A stretch of DNA of 53,298 nucleotides from a virus (IMGVR_UViG_3300044675_003062:1-53298), one strand, 5' to 3'; positions 8,694 through 16,729 are shown, counted from the stretch's first letter. Program-made: numbers and translations. The notes: generated from the sequence alone by a model not told the origin.

Positions 8694-10063
8694 GCCACCG
8701 CTCCTTTCCTTGGCGATAGTTTGATCAGCACCGCATCGACAACATTTCGACGCTCGCGAAGTGCCCCGTACACCTGTTCGTCCACCGTACCTTGCGTGAC
8801 AAGGTGGTAGTAACGGACGCAACGTGTCTGGCCCGGTCGCCGCAGCCGGGCCAAGGATTGTTCGTACTCGCCGAGTGAGAAGCCGAGCGAGTAGTAGAAG
8901 CAGTACGCGGAGCGACTCAGGTCGATGCCCGCCCCGCCGCTTTGAATCTGCACGCCGATGATCGTGGCGTTGCCAGCCTGCCATTCAGCAAGCTGATTGT
9001 GCTCGCCAGACAGCTCGGCGTAGGTTCTGCCCAGCCGCCTTGCCATCGCACCGACTTCGTTCAAGTCGGTTCTGAAGCGACAGAACACGACCACCGGCTC
9101 AAGCTCCGACAAGTCGCCAAGTCGATCCTCAAGCGTGGCTGCCTTGCTTGGCATCCCGTCGATCAGCACCGTGCCCGCCTCATCGGTGCGAGCGTAGCCG
9201 CCGGTCGCCTGCTGCAGCCGCAGCAGCTTGGTCAATGCGTTGCTGACCGTCACTGTGCCAGCGTCAATCTCGGCGGTCATGTCCCGCTCAAGGTCGCGGT
9301 AGTATCTCGCCGCCTTGCCGTCGAGCGGCACCGGCAGCACTTCGTGAATCGCCTCGGGGAGATCAAGCACGTCGTCGATGTTGACACGCCAGATGTACGG
9401 GTCGGTCTTGGCTGCAAGCTCGTCTTGCTTCAACCACTTCTTGACCTTGGAAGGGAACCGCTGGTCGCAGTCCGCATAGCGGCGGCGGTACGCGACGTAG
9501 CTCGGGCCGAACACCTCGGGCCTCAAGAATCGGAACTGCCCATAGAAGTCGAGCGGGCTGTGCGGGATTGGCGTGCCGGTGAGGCAAAGCCGCTTCGCCT
9601 GCGGTTGTGCCTGGGCGAACTTCCACAGCCATCTGCTCGCTCGCCCGGTCGGGCTTTTGATTCGGTGCGACTCGTCAATGATGATCGCGTCCCACTTGAT
9701 CCCGCCGATTGCCTTGGCAAGGTCGCCTCGCCAGACTGAATCGACGTTCACGATGGCACACAAGCCTCGGCTCGATGCACCGCTGCACCGCATCGCCTCG
9801 GCCTTGAGCCGCTTCGCTCTCGTCGCCGTGGAGCCGTCAACCAGCAGCACGGGGTGAAGCGGGCCGCAGCCCAACGCCAGCAGGCTTGTGATGCTCTTGC
9901 CCGTGCCCATGTCCATCGCCAGCATCGCGGCGTCCATCTCGCTGGCCCATCTGGCCGCCGCGGTTTGGTGCTGCCACGGGATGACCGAGCCAGTTTCTAG
10001 CAGGCCGATCTGCTTGACCCACGCCGGGCCAACCGCAATCGGGCACACAATCAGAATGTTCAT
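8690..10063 (-). CDS. SNF2-family helicase with permuted N-terminal motifs
   Basis: MDMGTGKS, IIDESHRIK, LTGTP, KLLRLQQ, VVFCRF, GAGIDL, QSLARLRRPGQ. Confidence 0.88.
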   Translation of the reverse strand: MNILIVCPIAVGPAWVKQIGLLETGSVIPWQHQTAAARWASEMDAAMLAMDMGTGKSITSLLALGCGPLHPVLLVDGSTATRAKRLKAEAMRCSGASSRGLCAIVNVDSVWRGDLAKAIGGIKWDAIIIDESHRIKSPTGRASRWLWKFAQAQPQAKRLCLTGTPIPHSPLDFYGQFRFLRPEVFGPSYVAYRRRYADCDQRFPSKVKKWLKQDELAAKTDPYIWRVNIDDVLDLPEAIHEVLPVPLDGKAARYYRDLERDMTAEIDAGTVTVSNALTKLLRLQQATGGYARTDEAGTVLIDGMPSKAATLEDRLGDLSELEPVVVFCRFRTDLNEVGAMARRLGRTYAELSGEHNQLAEWQAGNATIIGVQIQSGGAGIDLSRSAYCFYYSLGFSLGEYEQSLARLRRPGQTRCVRYYHLVTQGTVDEQVYGALRERRNVVDAVLIKLSPRKGAVA

Positions 10064-10311
10064 CCGCCACTCCTTTGCTCATCTCTGTCTGCCTCAGTGA
10101 TCTGATCCTCGGTCATGCGTCCGACCGGCGTGCCGGTCGGCGCGCGGTAGGGCGGAACGTCACTCAACCCCAGCCGCCGGAAAGACTCCGACAGCTTGGT
10201 TCCCCAGAGGGACGGCAGCGGCGTGTGCCGCACGCTGCCGTCCTCGTAGGTTTCGGTGATCGTCCCCGACGAGTCGGCGTGCCGCTCGTAGGTGGAACTG
10301 ATGACCTTCAT
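10060..10311 (-). CDS. Hypothetical protein
   Basis: 83-aa ORF with ATGA coupling at both ends. Confidence 0.6.
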   Translation of the reverse strand: MKVISSTYERHADSSGTITETYEDGSVRHTPLPSLWGTKLSESFRRLGLSDVPPYRAPTGTPVGRMTEDQITEADRDEQRSGG

Positions 10312-10595
10312 GCTGCCACCTCTTCAGTGGTAAGCGATTCGTGCAGCATCTCGTCGCGGAGCGTGTCGAGCTTCGCTTGCAGTTCACCGATCTGGCGGGC
10401 CAGCCCCGTGACAACGTCTGCCTTGGCACCGGCCTTCGTCGCGTGCCACCGGTCTGTCAGCGGGACGAGCGAGTCGAACCACCGCACAAGCGGCACGCCG
10501 TCCACAACGATCTCGCTGACTGTGCCCTCATCGAACCAGTAGTTGCCGGGCGTCGTCGCAACGTATGCCCGGTAGACCGTCGTTCCCTTGTCCAT
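10308..10595 (-). CDS. Hypothetical protein
   Basis: 95 aa with a strong AAGGAGG RBS upstream. Confidence 0.65.
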   Translation of the reverse strand: MDKGTTVYRAYVATTPGNYWFDEGTVSEIVVDGVPLVRWFDSLVPLTDRWHATKAGAKADVVTGLARQIGELQAKLDTLRDEMLHESLTTEEVAA

Positions 10596-10623
10596 GTTCA
10601 GTCCTCCTTGGTTCCGTTCATTG

Positions 10624-10674
10624 AAAAAAGAGAGCCGGGGTGAGCGGGGAACGGAGGAAACCGCCCACCCCGGC
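10624..10674 (-). terminator. Probable intrinsic terminator after the DUF932 gene
   Basis: Stem GCCGGGGTG/CACCCCGGC with a T-tract on the minus strand. Confidence 0.5.
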
Positions 10675-10705
10675 GACTGCCGCTTTCGCGGCGTCTGGCG
10701 GCGGA

Positions 10706-11719
10706 CTAGACCGCCAACTCAATCGCATTGGCCCACGCCCGCTCTTTGAAAGCGTGCGAGGAACCGAAAAGCACAGAGCGGAACTTCCGCTCGGCACGAA
10801 CGTCGCCCTTGCCGGTGACGCGGAGTTCGTGGTCAGCCCACTCGCTCGCCGCGTTGTAGGCCGTCCAGACGTTGGCCCCGTGGTTGCCCTCGTTGGTTGG
10901 CATGGCGAACCGATCCCAGAGGGCGGTCACCAGCTTGCCTCGGCTCTTGTCGCTACGGTTGCCGACCAGATCGCTGAAGTAGTCCGACACCTGCTGTGTC
11001 GAGACCGACTTCGCCATCATCTGCCGAGCCGCGAGGCCGAACCCCTCATGGCAGTTGTTGATGACGCCGAGGCACTCGCGAGCCTTCTCCACACGGCGGG
11101 ACAAGCCGCCCGCCGTGTGAAACAGCTTGAGTCCCAGCGGCAAGCCGTCCGCATTCTTGGCCTTGTCGGCCATCCCGATAGCGAGCCGCAGCGTGTTGGC
11201 ACAGACGACCCGCACGCTGGTCGGAAACAACCGCACCGCGCCGGTGCCGTCGTGGCTGTTGGTGATGAGAACGTACTTCTCCAGCACGTCGCGGTCGGTC
11301 ACCTCGACGTGGCCGGGGAGCTTGGCGAGCATCCAGACCTTGCGGCCCTGCCGCAGCGAGCCGCAGGTGTGCCACATTGCCATTGGATCATCGCCGCCCA
11401 CTACCTCATCCATCCATGCGAACGCTTCGCGGTTCTGAAGCGGCTGGTACCGCAGGCCGACAGCACCCAGAGCCATGCCGGTGTCGGCACGGTAGGTCGC
11501 CCGGTGCGTGCTGATCGGCAGATACCGCTGGTCAGCACCTTCGCCCATGTCAGCGGCGAGGTCGGTCAGTCGAACGTCCCAGTCCAGCCCGGCGATCCGC
11601 AAGGCGTCAGCCGAGGTCTGAGCCTCGCCAACCACCGTGCCAAACCCGTGCCAAGCTGGCTTGTAGGCGAACATCGCCGAGCCTTGGGCCTGCGTCGTGA
11701 AGTCAATTTCGTGAGCCAT
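10706..11719 (-). CDS. DUF932 / TIGR03299-like phage-plasmid protein
   Basis: MAHEI...PAWHGFG, AGLDWDV, YQPLQNREAF, GSLRQGRKVW, NSHDG, RVVCANTL, WTAYNA. Confidence 0.85.
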   Translation of the reverse strand: MAHEIDFTTQAQGSAMFAYKPAWHGFGTVVGEAQTSADALRIAGLDWDVRLTDLAADMGEGADQRYLPISTHRATYRADTGMALGAVGLRYQPLQNREAFAWMDEVVGGDDPMAMWHTCGSLRQGRKVWMLAKLPGHVEVTDRDVLEKYVLITNSHDGTGAVRLFPTSVRVVCANTLRLAIGMADKAKNADGLPLGLKLFHTAGGLSRRVEKARECLGVINNCHEGFGLAARQMMAKSVSTQQVSDYFSDLVGNRSDKSRGKLVTALWDRFAMPTNEGNHGANVWTAYNAASEWADHELRVTGKGDVRAERKFRSVLFGSSHAFKERAWANAIELAV

Positions 11720-11812
11720 TTTCGTAGTCCTCGTTTGTGTCCAAACCTAAACAATCAGTCCAGCGGCACGGTCAACGCGACCGGGCCGCAAGTCGGGTAT
11801 CCAAACAATCGG

Positions 11813-12064
11813 TCAGGCGTTCTCTTTGTCGGCGAGGTTGAACCAGCCCTCGACCGTGTCTTTGATCAGACCGTCACCGGCCCGCGTCAGCCGCGTGCCA
11901 AGCTCGTCCTCGCAGAAGTTGACTAGCGAATAGACCTCGTCCAGCATTGCAATCACGTCGTCGCTGGTCGTGCCGTTGTCCATCAGCCCGCCGTCGCCGC
12001 AGGCGAGATGCTCAAGGGCCTCGGTCACGTCGGCCAGCTTCGCGGTCAGTTGCTTGATCGTCAT
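11813..12064 (-). CDS. Hypothetical protein
   Basis: 83 aa with a GGAG RBS; first gene after the promoter cassette at 12062-12170. Confidence 0.65.
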   Translation of the reverse strand: MTIKQLTAKLADVTEALEHLACGDGGLMDNGTTSDDVIAMLDEVYSLVNFCEDELGTRLTRAGDGLIKDTVEGWFNLADKENA

Positions 12065-12170
12065 CGTTCGTTCTCCGTTTCGTTGTCCTGTCGCGGTGTC
12101 CGCCGCGTCATGGTTTCATTATAGCCTATCGGCTTTTGGCGTCAATAGGCTTTCCAAAAAATATTTTTGG
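12062..12170 (-). promoter_or_regulatory. Sigma70 promoter cassette copy 1: UP element, promoter/operator, stem-loop, RBS
   Basis: Minus-strand TTGACG (12145-12140), 16 nt, TATAAT (12123-12118). Inverted repeat AGCCTAT/ATAGGCT, AT palindrome AAAAATATTTTT and hairpin CGCGG...CCGCG. Confidence 0.8.
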
Positions 12171-12189
12171 GTCGTTTTCCCCGGTGTTT

Positions 12190-12321
12190 TCACCGGATCA
12201 GCCTCAGGACGGTGTCGATTGCCTCGGCTACGAGGGGGGCCAGCCGCCCCCCGGTGCCCAGCTCCTGGCCGAACCGAACCAGCGAGAGGGCCAGCACGGC
12301 GTTGTTCCAAGTCAGCTTCAT
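12190..12321 (-). CDS. Small hypothetical protein
   Basis: MKLTWNNAVLALS..., 43 aa, ATGA-coupled to the upstream gene. Confidence 0.5.
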   Translation of the reverse strand: MKLTWNNAVLALSLVRFGQELGTGGRLAPLVAEAIDTVLRLIR

Positions 12322-12602
12322 TGCTTCTGCTCCTTCGCGGCCTGCCTCGCAGCCTTGCGTGCCGCCGCCTTCGCCTGTCGGGCGAGCAACGTGTCGGCCT
12401 GCTGCGAGAGCCACGCTGCGAAGCCCTGCGCCTCATGCGGCGTCATGTAGATGGACGCTGGCTCGCTGTATTGCTCAGTCACAGAACGCGACGGGTGAAT
12501 CCTCACCGCGACCGTCTCGGAGCAGCGGTGTGCCTCGATAGCGGCGGGAATGCGAACCCACTTCGACTGCGGCTTGAAGAAATGCTTTGAAGTCCGTCTC
12601 AT
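12318..12602 (-). CDS. Hypothetical protein
   Basis: 94 aa, ATGA-coupled, GAGGTG RBS. Confidence 0.6.
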   Translation of the reverse strand: MRRTSKHFFKPQSKWVRIPAAIEAHRCSETVAVRIHPSRSVTEQYSEPASIYMTPHEAQGFAAWLSQQADTLLARQAKAAARKAARQAAKEQKQ

Positions 12603-13105
12603 GCCATCACCTCATTGTTGATCGGCCAGACATACGGAAGGTCATCTGGCTCGGCCCATCCGAATCGGCCATACCACGCCGCGTCTTTGCGGAGAAGGTT
12701 GCTGCGATGGCTGGCGTGGAAGCCATGCAAGCCGAGCCACGGCGGCGACGATACAGACGTGCCTTTCTTGCCGTACACGAACTCTTGAGCGTCGTCGTCA
12801 TATCGAAGGTCGTTCAGCCAATCGTAGACCGCAACGAATTGATCGAGCAGCGAGTCCTTGTAGCCTCTTGCTCGCCACTCTTTGCACACGATCTGACCGT
12901 AGACCGCGAGCGACATCTCATGCCCTTGCCATATCCTCGCCGCGGGGTGGTTGGCCCACGACGATTTCTTTGGCTGGTGCTGACCGACCGGCACGCCGAG
13001 AGCGAGTAGCAACTGCTTCGTCTCGACTCGCTGCTTGCCAAGCCGCTTTGTGTCGAGGCACGCTGCGGAGTTGCGGAACGATGGATAGGGGAGGAAGGTT
13101 TGAAT
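12599..13105 (-). CDS. Pyrimidine-dimer DNA glycosylase-like protein (MSMEG_6728/DenV-like), probable ATT start
   Basis: Frame reads IQTFLPYPSF...CLDTKRLGKQRVETKQLL...NHPAARIWQG...EWRARGY...PPWLG...HASHRSNLLRKD...YVWP. Confidence 0.8.
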   Translation of the reverse strand: MQTFLPYPSFRNSAACLDTKRLGKQRVETKQLLLALGVPVGQHQPKKSSWANHPAARIWQGHEMSLAVYGQIVCKEWRARGYKDSLLDQFVAVYDWLNDLRYDDDAQEFVYGKKGTSVSSPPWLGLHGFHASHRSNLLRKDAAWYGRFGWAEPDDLPYVWPINNEVMA

Positions 13106-13107
13106 GA

Positions 13108-13527
13108 TTATGTCTCCTTTGAAAGATGCCAGCGGATCGTGGAATGATCCAGACCTAGCGACTTGGCAATCCCGTACATTGATGAACCGCTCTTGCGCAT
13201 TGCGATCATTCGGCTTGCTAGCGGATGCCGTTTTGAAGGCCTGCCGACTGGCCTGCCTTTTGCGACTGCATCACGCATGTTGTCGACTTGTGTTCCAACA
13301 AAAAGGTGCGAGGGGTTGACGCACATTGGGTTGTCGCACTTGTGGCAAAGCATTTCGCCCTTAGAAAGGGCTCCGATAACTAACTCGTAGATGTATCGGT
13401 ACGCCGGTTTGTTTCTGAAGTACGGGCGTCGGTGCTTTTTGTTGCGGGACGTACCGCCCGCCCACAGCCAACACGCATCTGGTTTTGCTATCAGAACAAA
13501 CCGAGAGCATTCGTCTGGCAGTTGCAT
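13108..13527 (-). CDS. HNH homing endonuclease (HNH_3 type) with C-terminal HTH
   Basis: CWLWAG, CHKCDNPMCVNPSHLFVGTQVDNMRD, C-terminal IAKSLGLDHSTIR. Confidence 0.8.
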   Translation of the reverse strand: MQLPDECSRFVLIAKPDACWLWAGGTSRNKKHRRPYFRNKPAYRYIYELVIGALSKGEMLCHKCDNPMCVNPSHLFVGTQVDNMRDAVAKGRPVGRPSKRHPLASRMIAMRKSGSSMYGIAKSLGLDHSTIRWHLSKET

Positions 13528-13796
13528 CACTTGTCCCCCTTGTCGAAAGCCTCGGTGATCGTCTGCACCACATCGGCCACGGCATCCTCATGAGCGAGGC
13601 AATCCAGCCGCAAGTATTCACTGTCGCTCGTCGCGTGCTGTGCCAGCGTGGCTTCCAAGTCATCCATCGCACCAAGCAGATCGCAGTCAACGCAGCCTTG
13701 ATCGACTAGCCGCAAGGCGGCAAGCACCGCCTCGGCACGGTCGTTGTCTGGCGTCTGGTAGTTGCTGTTGCGAATCACGGGGTAGGGTTTGGTCAT
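13527..13796 (-). CDS. Hypothetical protein
   Basis: MTKPYPVIR..., GGAGGTG RBS, ATGA-coupled. Confidence 0.6.
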   Translation of the reverse strand: MTKPYPVIRNSNYQTPDNDRAEAVLAALRLVDQGCVDCDLLGAMDDLEATLAQHATSDSEYLRLDCLAHEDAVADVVQTITEAFDKGDK

Positions 13797-14032
13797 GCCG
13801 TCACCTCCGAATCGCTGCGAATCTGCTCGGCCCACGTTTCAATCTCAGCCGTCTTGCCATTGGCAACCCATCGCAGATGCTCGGCGTCGTCCGCGTAGCC
13901 GTCGCTCAAGATGATGTCAAGGTATTCTCGCAGCCGCCGCGAGTGCAGCACGCGGTGCTTTGCCTCTGCGTACAGACCGGCGCGGTCGAAGTGAATCAAG
14001 CCGCCGGGGTGAACTCGCCACATATCAGTCAT
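13793..14032 (-). CDS. Hypothetical protein
   Basis: MTDMWRVH..., GGAGG RBS. Confidence 0.6.
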   Translation of the reverse strand: MTDMWRVHPGGLIHFDRAGLYAEAKHRVLHSRRLREYLDIILSDGYADDAEHLRWVANGKTAEIETWAEQIRSDSEVTA

Positions 14033-14062
14033 CGTCAGTCCTCCGTTTGGGTTTCCGAACAA

Positions 14063-14254
14063 TCAGCCCCACGCTCCGTATAGCTCGTCGCAGAACGAGC
14101 AATACGCCTGCTCGTCGATCAGCTTGGCAAGCCTCGCCAGCCCTGCAATCGTGATCGTCGTCGCCTCGTCGCGAGTGTCTGTGGCGATGCCACGCAGCAC
14201 GTCGCGGAGTTGGTCAGCCGTGAGGCTGGCGATTCTAGTTTCGAGGTTGGTCAT
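14063..14254 (-). CDS. Hypothetical protein
   Basis: MTNLETRI..., GGAG RBS. Confidence 0.6.
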   Translation of the reverse strand: MTNLETRIASLTADQLRDVLRGIATDTRDEATTITIAGLARLAKLIDEQAYCSFCDELYGAWG

Positions 14255-14284
14255 CGTCGCGTCTCCGCTTGGGTGTTTGAACAA

Positions 14285-14533
14285 TCAGCTAGCCAGTATT
14301 TTTTCCGCCGCTTCCTTCGCGACCTTGACACTTCTGCAAGAACGCCCCCGCGACGTTGTGCCGTCAGCGTTTATGACGACAACGTCGTAGAAGCGAGTCT
14401 TACGCCAGCCTCGGAGGTTGTCGCCAATCGTGCCCCAGCTTCCGCTCACGGCAACCTTGCCGCTGGCGTGCCGATACCACGGGCCGCTGCCCGGTGTCCA
14501 CTCGTCGTGCTTCGTCCAAGCCTTGCTGGTCAT
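14285..14533 (-). CDS. Hypothetical protein
   Basis: MTSKAWTK..., AAGGG RBS; leader shares ACGAACGATG with the promoter cassettes. Confidence 0.6.
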   Translation of the reverse strand: MTSKAWTKHDEWTPGSGPWYRHASGKVAVSGSWGTIGDNLRGWRKTRFYDVVVINADGTTSRGRSCRSVKVAKEAAEKILAS

Positions 14534-14603
14534 CGTTCGTCCCTTGTGTCTTGAGTCGTGCAGCCCCGCCGCCCTGTGCGGCGGGGCTTGGGTATCCGAA
14601 CAA

Positions 14604-14867
14604 TCACCAGATGCGAACCGCTTGTGCCTGCTTCTGCGAAGCAGCGTGGGGGTCGCGGCTGATCGCTTCCAGCGTCGTCGCCAGCGTGTCGAGGATTGCA
14701 TTCAGCCGGGGCAGCACGTCGGTCTCGGCGTTGACCATGTTCGACTTGCTGCCGTCGCCGTAGGGGGCGGCAATCTTCCGCAGGATGGCCGCCCGCATTG
14801 CAATCAAGTCGCAGCCCGCATCCTCAATCGCCTCGACCAGCGTGTCGCGTTGTTCGTTGAGTCGCAT
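14604..14867 (-). CDS. Hypothetical protein
   Basis: 87 aa, first gene after promoter cassette copy 2. Confidence 0.65.
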   Translation of the reverse strand: MRLNEQRDTLVEAIEDAGCDLIAMRAAILRKIAAPYGDGSKSNMVNAETDVLPRLNAILDTLATTLEAISRDPHAASQKQAQAVRIW

Positions 14868-14971
14868 CGTTCGTTCTCCGTTTCAAGGCGTCTCGCGGTG
14901 TCCGCCGCGTTGACCCCTACATCATACCCTATCGGCTTTTGGAGTCCATAGGCTAAACCAAAAATATTTTT
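14865..14971 (-). promoter_or_regulatory. Sigma70 promoter cassette copy 2
   Basis: TGGACT (14948-14943), 16 nt, TATGAT (14926-14921); same leader, hairpin, CCTATCGGCTTTTGG core and AAAAATATTTTT as 12062-12170. Confidence 0.75.
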
Positions 14972-14974
14972 CCC

Positions 14975-15193
14975 CTATAAATAAGGGCTTTTTCGAGGCA
15001 GGGGAGGGCAAAAAGGGGGCGGACGCCCACCCCCTGCAAAACCGGGATCGGCAAAAACCATTGTCGCGGGGGTTTTCTCGGGTCGCCAAACCCCTGCCGC
15101 CAAACAGGTTAGGCACGCTGCCGCGAAAACCTATCCCTTGCGAACCTCAAATGGCCCCTCTGCGATTCGCCTATATACAAGAGGGATTTTCGC
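14975..15193. repeat. Non-coding ~200-bp element, copy B
   Basis: Colinear blocks shared with 5436-5651 at an offset of 9538-9539. Confidence 0.75.
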
Positions 15194-15439
15194 TCAGGCC
15201 CGCTTCTTTCGCCGCCGGGGCGTCTTGCCCGCCGCGATCCAGACCGGGTTGCCGCTGGTCTCATGGATGTGCGGCTTGAGCAGCGGTAGCTCATGCTCGG
15301 CCACCGCCACGATCCGCGTGCCGTCCGCGAGGATGCCGACGCCGTGAGCCTTCGCTACTCGTCGCACCGTTGGCGATGAGCAGCCAAGCCGCTTCGCCGC
15401 TACTGCCATTGAAAGGTACACCACGCTGCCGTCTCCCAT
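15194..15439 (-). CDS. Excisionase/MerR-like HTH protein
   Basis: YLSMAVAAKRLGCSSPTVRR; GGAGGTG RBS; basic tail. Confidence 0.65.
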   Translation of the reverse strand: MGDGSVVYLSMAVAAKRLGCSSPTVRRVAKAHGVGILADGTRIVAVAEHELPLLKPHIHETSGNPVWIAAGKTPRRRKKRA

Positions 15440-15486
15440 GCCGTTCACCTCCATTCGTAGCATCGCGTCAATAGGAAAGCAAGTCG

Positions 15487-15708
15487 TCAGCCGAGCTTCG
15501 ACCGCTTGCGTCCCGACAGGGTGGGGTCGCGTTCCAGATACTCCTTGAGATTCTTCGCAACCGACTTGCGGCTGACGGCCCAGGCTCGACCGTTCAAACG
15601 GAACCCCTCCAGCGTTCCGTTCTGGATCATTTTTATGCACCAAACATCCGTGCAGCCAAGCATTTCCGCTGCGACCGGAACCGAAATCCAATCGGGGGCA
15701 GTTTGCAT
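15487..15708 (-). CDS. Excisionase-like HTH (HTH_17) protein
   Basis: WISVPVAAEMLGC...IQNGTLEGFRLNGRAWAVSRKSV; divergent from the integrase. Confidence 0.7.
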   Translation of the reverse strand: MQTAPDWISVPVAAEMLGCTDVWCIKMIQNGTLEGFRLNGRAWAVSRKSVAKNLKEYLERDPTLSGRKRSKLG

Positions 15709-15742
15709 TGTTCTGATTCCCGTGCTATCGACACGTACAGAC

Positions 15743-15794
15743 TGCCCGCCCCTCACAATGAAGGGCGGGCATCTGAATGGCGGGGACAGGATTC
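15743..15794 (-). other. Candidate attP: tRNA 3'-end fragment followed by a hairpin
   Basis: Minus strand 15794-15778 reads GAATCCTGTCCCCGCCA (T-loop/T-stem/acceptor-like), followed by a 9-bp stem TGCCCGCCC/GGGCGGGCA; lies just upstream of the integrase. Confidence 0.6.
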
Positions 15795-15871
15795 CGCGCC
15801 GGGAGGGTTGCTTACGCACGAAGCGTGTCCTACTTCTGGGGTACACCTCAGAGAAAGAAACTGGATTCGCC

Positions 15872-16729
15872 ATGCTTCTCACTGACCTGTTCGCCAATTA
15901 CTACCGCCCGCTCCGATTGCGAGGACGTTCAGACCAAACGTGCCGACTTTACTTCTGCACAATCCGCACATTCGGCAAGTGGCTGCAGTACCCACCGACT
16001 GTGGATGACCTGTCCGATCTTATGCTCAGTCGCTTCTTGGAAGAGCGAGCCGCGACTCGCAGCCCCTACACCGCTGAGAAGGAACGCACGCAGCTTGTAT
16101 CGCTCGCACGGTTTGCGCGGGATCGTGGGATTATCCAGACGATGCCGGAAGTACCGCCCGCTCCGCTGCCCGAGCGGGTGCCGCGTGCGTTCACACTGCC
16201 CGAGCTGCAAGGCATCATGCGTGCCGCTGCAGCGACTCGCGGAACGGTAGGACACGTCGCGGCTGGCGTCTGGTTCACCGCGTTGGTCAGTGTCCTTTGG
16301 GAGACGGCAGAGCGGATCGGTGCGGTGCTTGAGTGCGTGCCGGGAGACTTCACCGAGCCGCATCTTCTCGTCCGTGCCGAGGTGCGGAAGGGCGGGAAGC
16401 GGGACAAGGCGTACAGATTGTCCGAACGCACCGCTGCCTTGGTGCGTCAGGCGTCTGGCGAGCGGCGTATCTTTGAGTGGCCGCAGGCCCGCACCTACCT
16501 GTGGGCCAAGTACGCCGACATCGTGGCCCGTGCTGGGCTAGGGAAGGGCAGGCACCTGTCGTTCCATGCCCTACGCCGCTCGGCGGCATCTCACTTCCAG
16601 AGTCTCGGCGGCGATGCCGTAGCCCTGCTTGATCATTCCAACCCGCGCATCACGCACCGCTGGTATCTCGACCGTCGCATGACTGATCGAGGCCCGCAGC
16701 CGTGCGACTTGCTGCCTGACATATGGTGA
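15872..16729 (+). CDS. int: Tyrosine recombinase / integrase
   Basis: Catalytic residues R (TAERIG), K (RKGGK), HxxR (FHALRR), H (LLDHS), Y (HRWY); 285 aa from ATG 15872. Confidence 0.9.
   Translation: MLLTDLFANYYRPLRLRGRSDQTCRLYFCTIRTFGKWLQYPPTVDDLSDLMLSRFLEERAATRSPYTAEKERTQLVSLARFARDRGIIQTMPEVPPAPLPERVPRAFTLPELQGIMRAAAATRGTVGHVAAGVWFTALVSVLWETAERIGAVLECVPGDFTEPHLLVRAEVRKGGKRDKAYRLSERTAALVRQASGERRIFEWPQARTYLWAKYADIVARAGLGKGRHLSFHALRRSAASHFQSLGGDAVALLDHSNPRITHRWYLDRRMTDRGPQPCDLLPDIW

Noticed and set aside
10640-11926. Long plus-strand ORFs (e.g. 10640-11926, 5556-6632, 23039-24403, 33790-35154, 17854-18771)
   Set aside because: Antisense shadows of well-supported minus-strand genes in high-GC DNA; no recognisable motifs.
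11741-14605. CRISPR array or integron attC array made of the 16-bp motif
   Set aside because: Spacing is irregular and gene-sized, the motif is non-palindromic, and there are no cas genes or attC-type inverted boxes.
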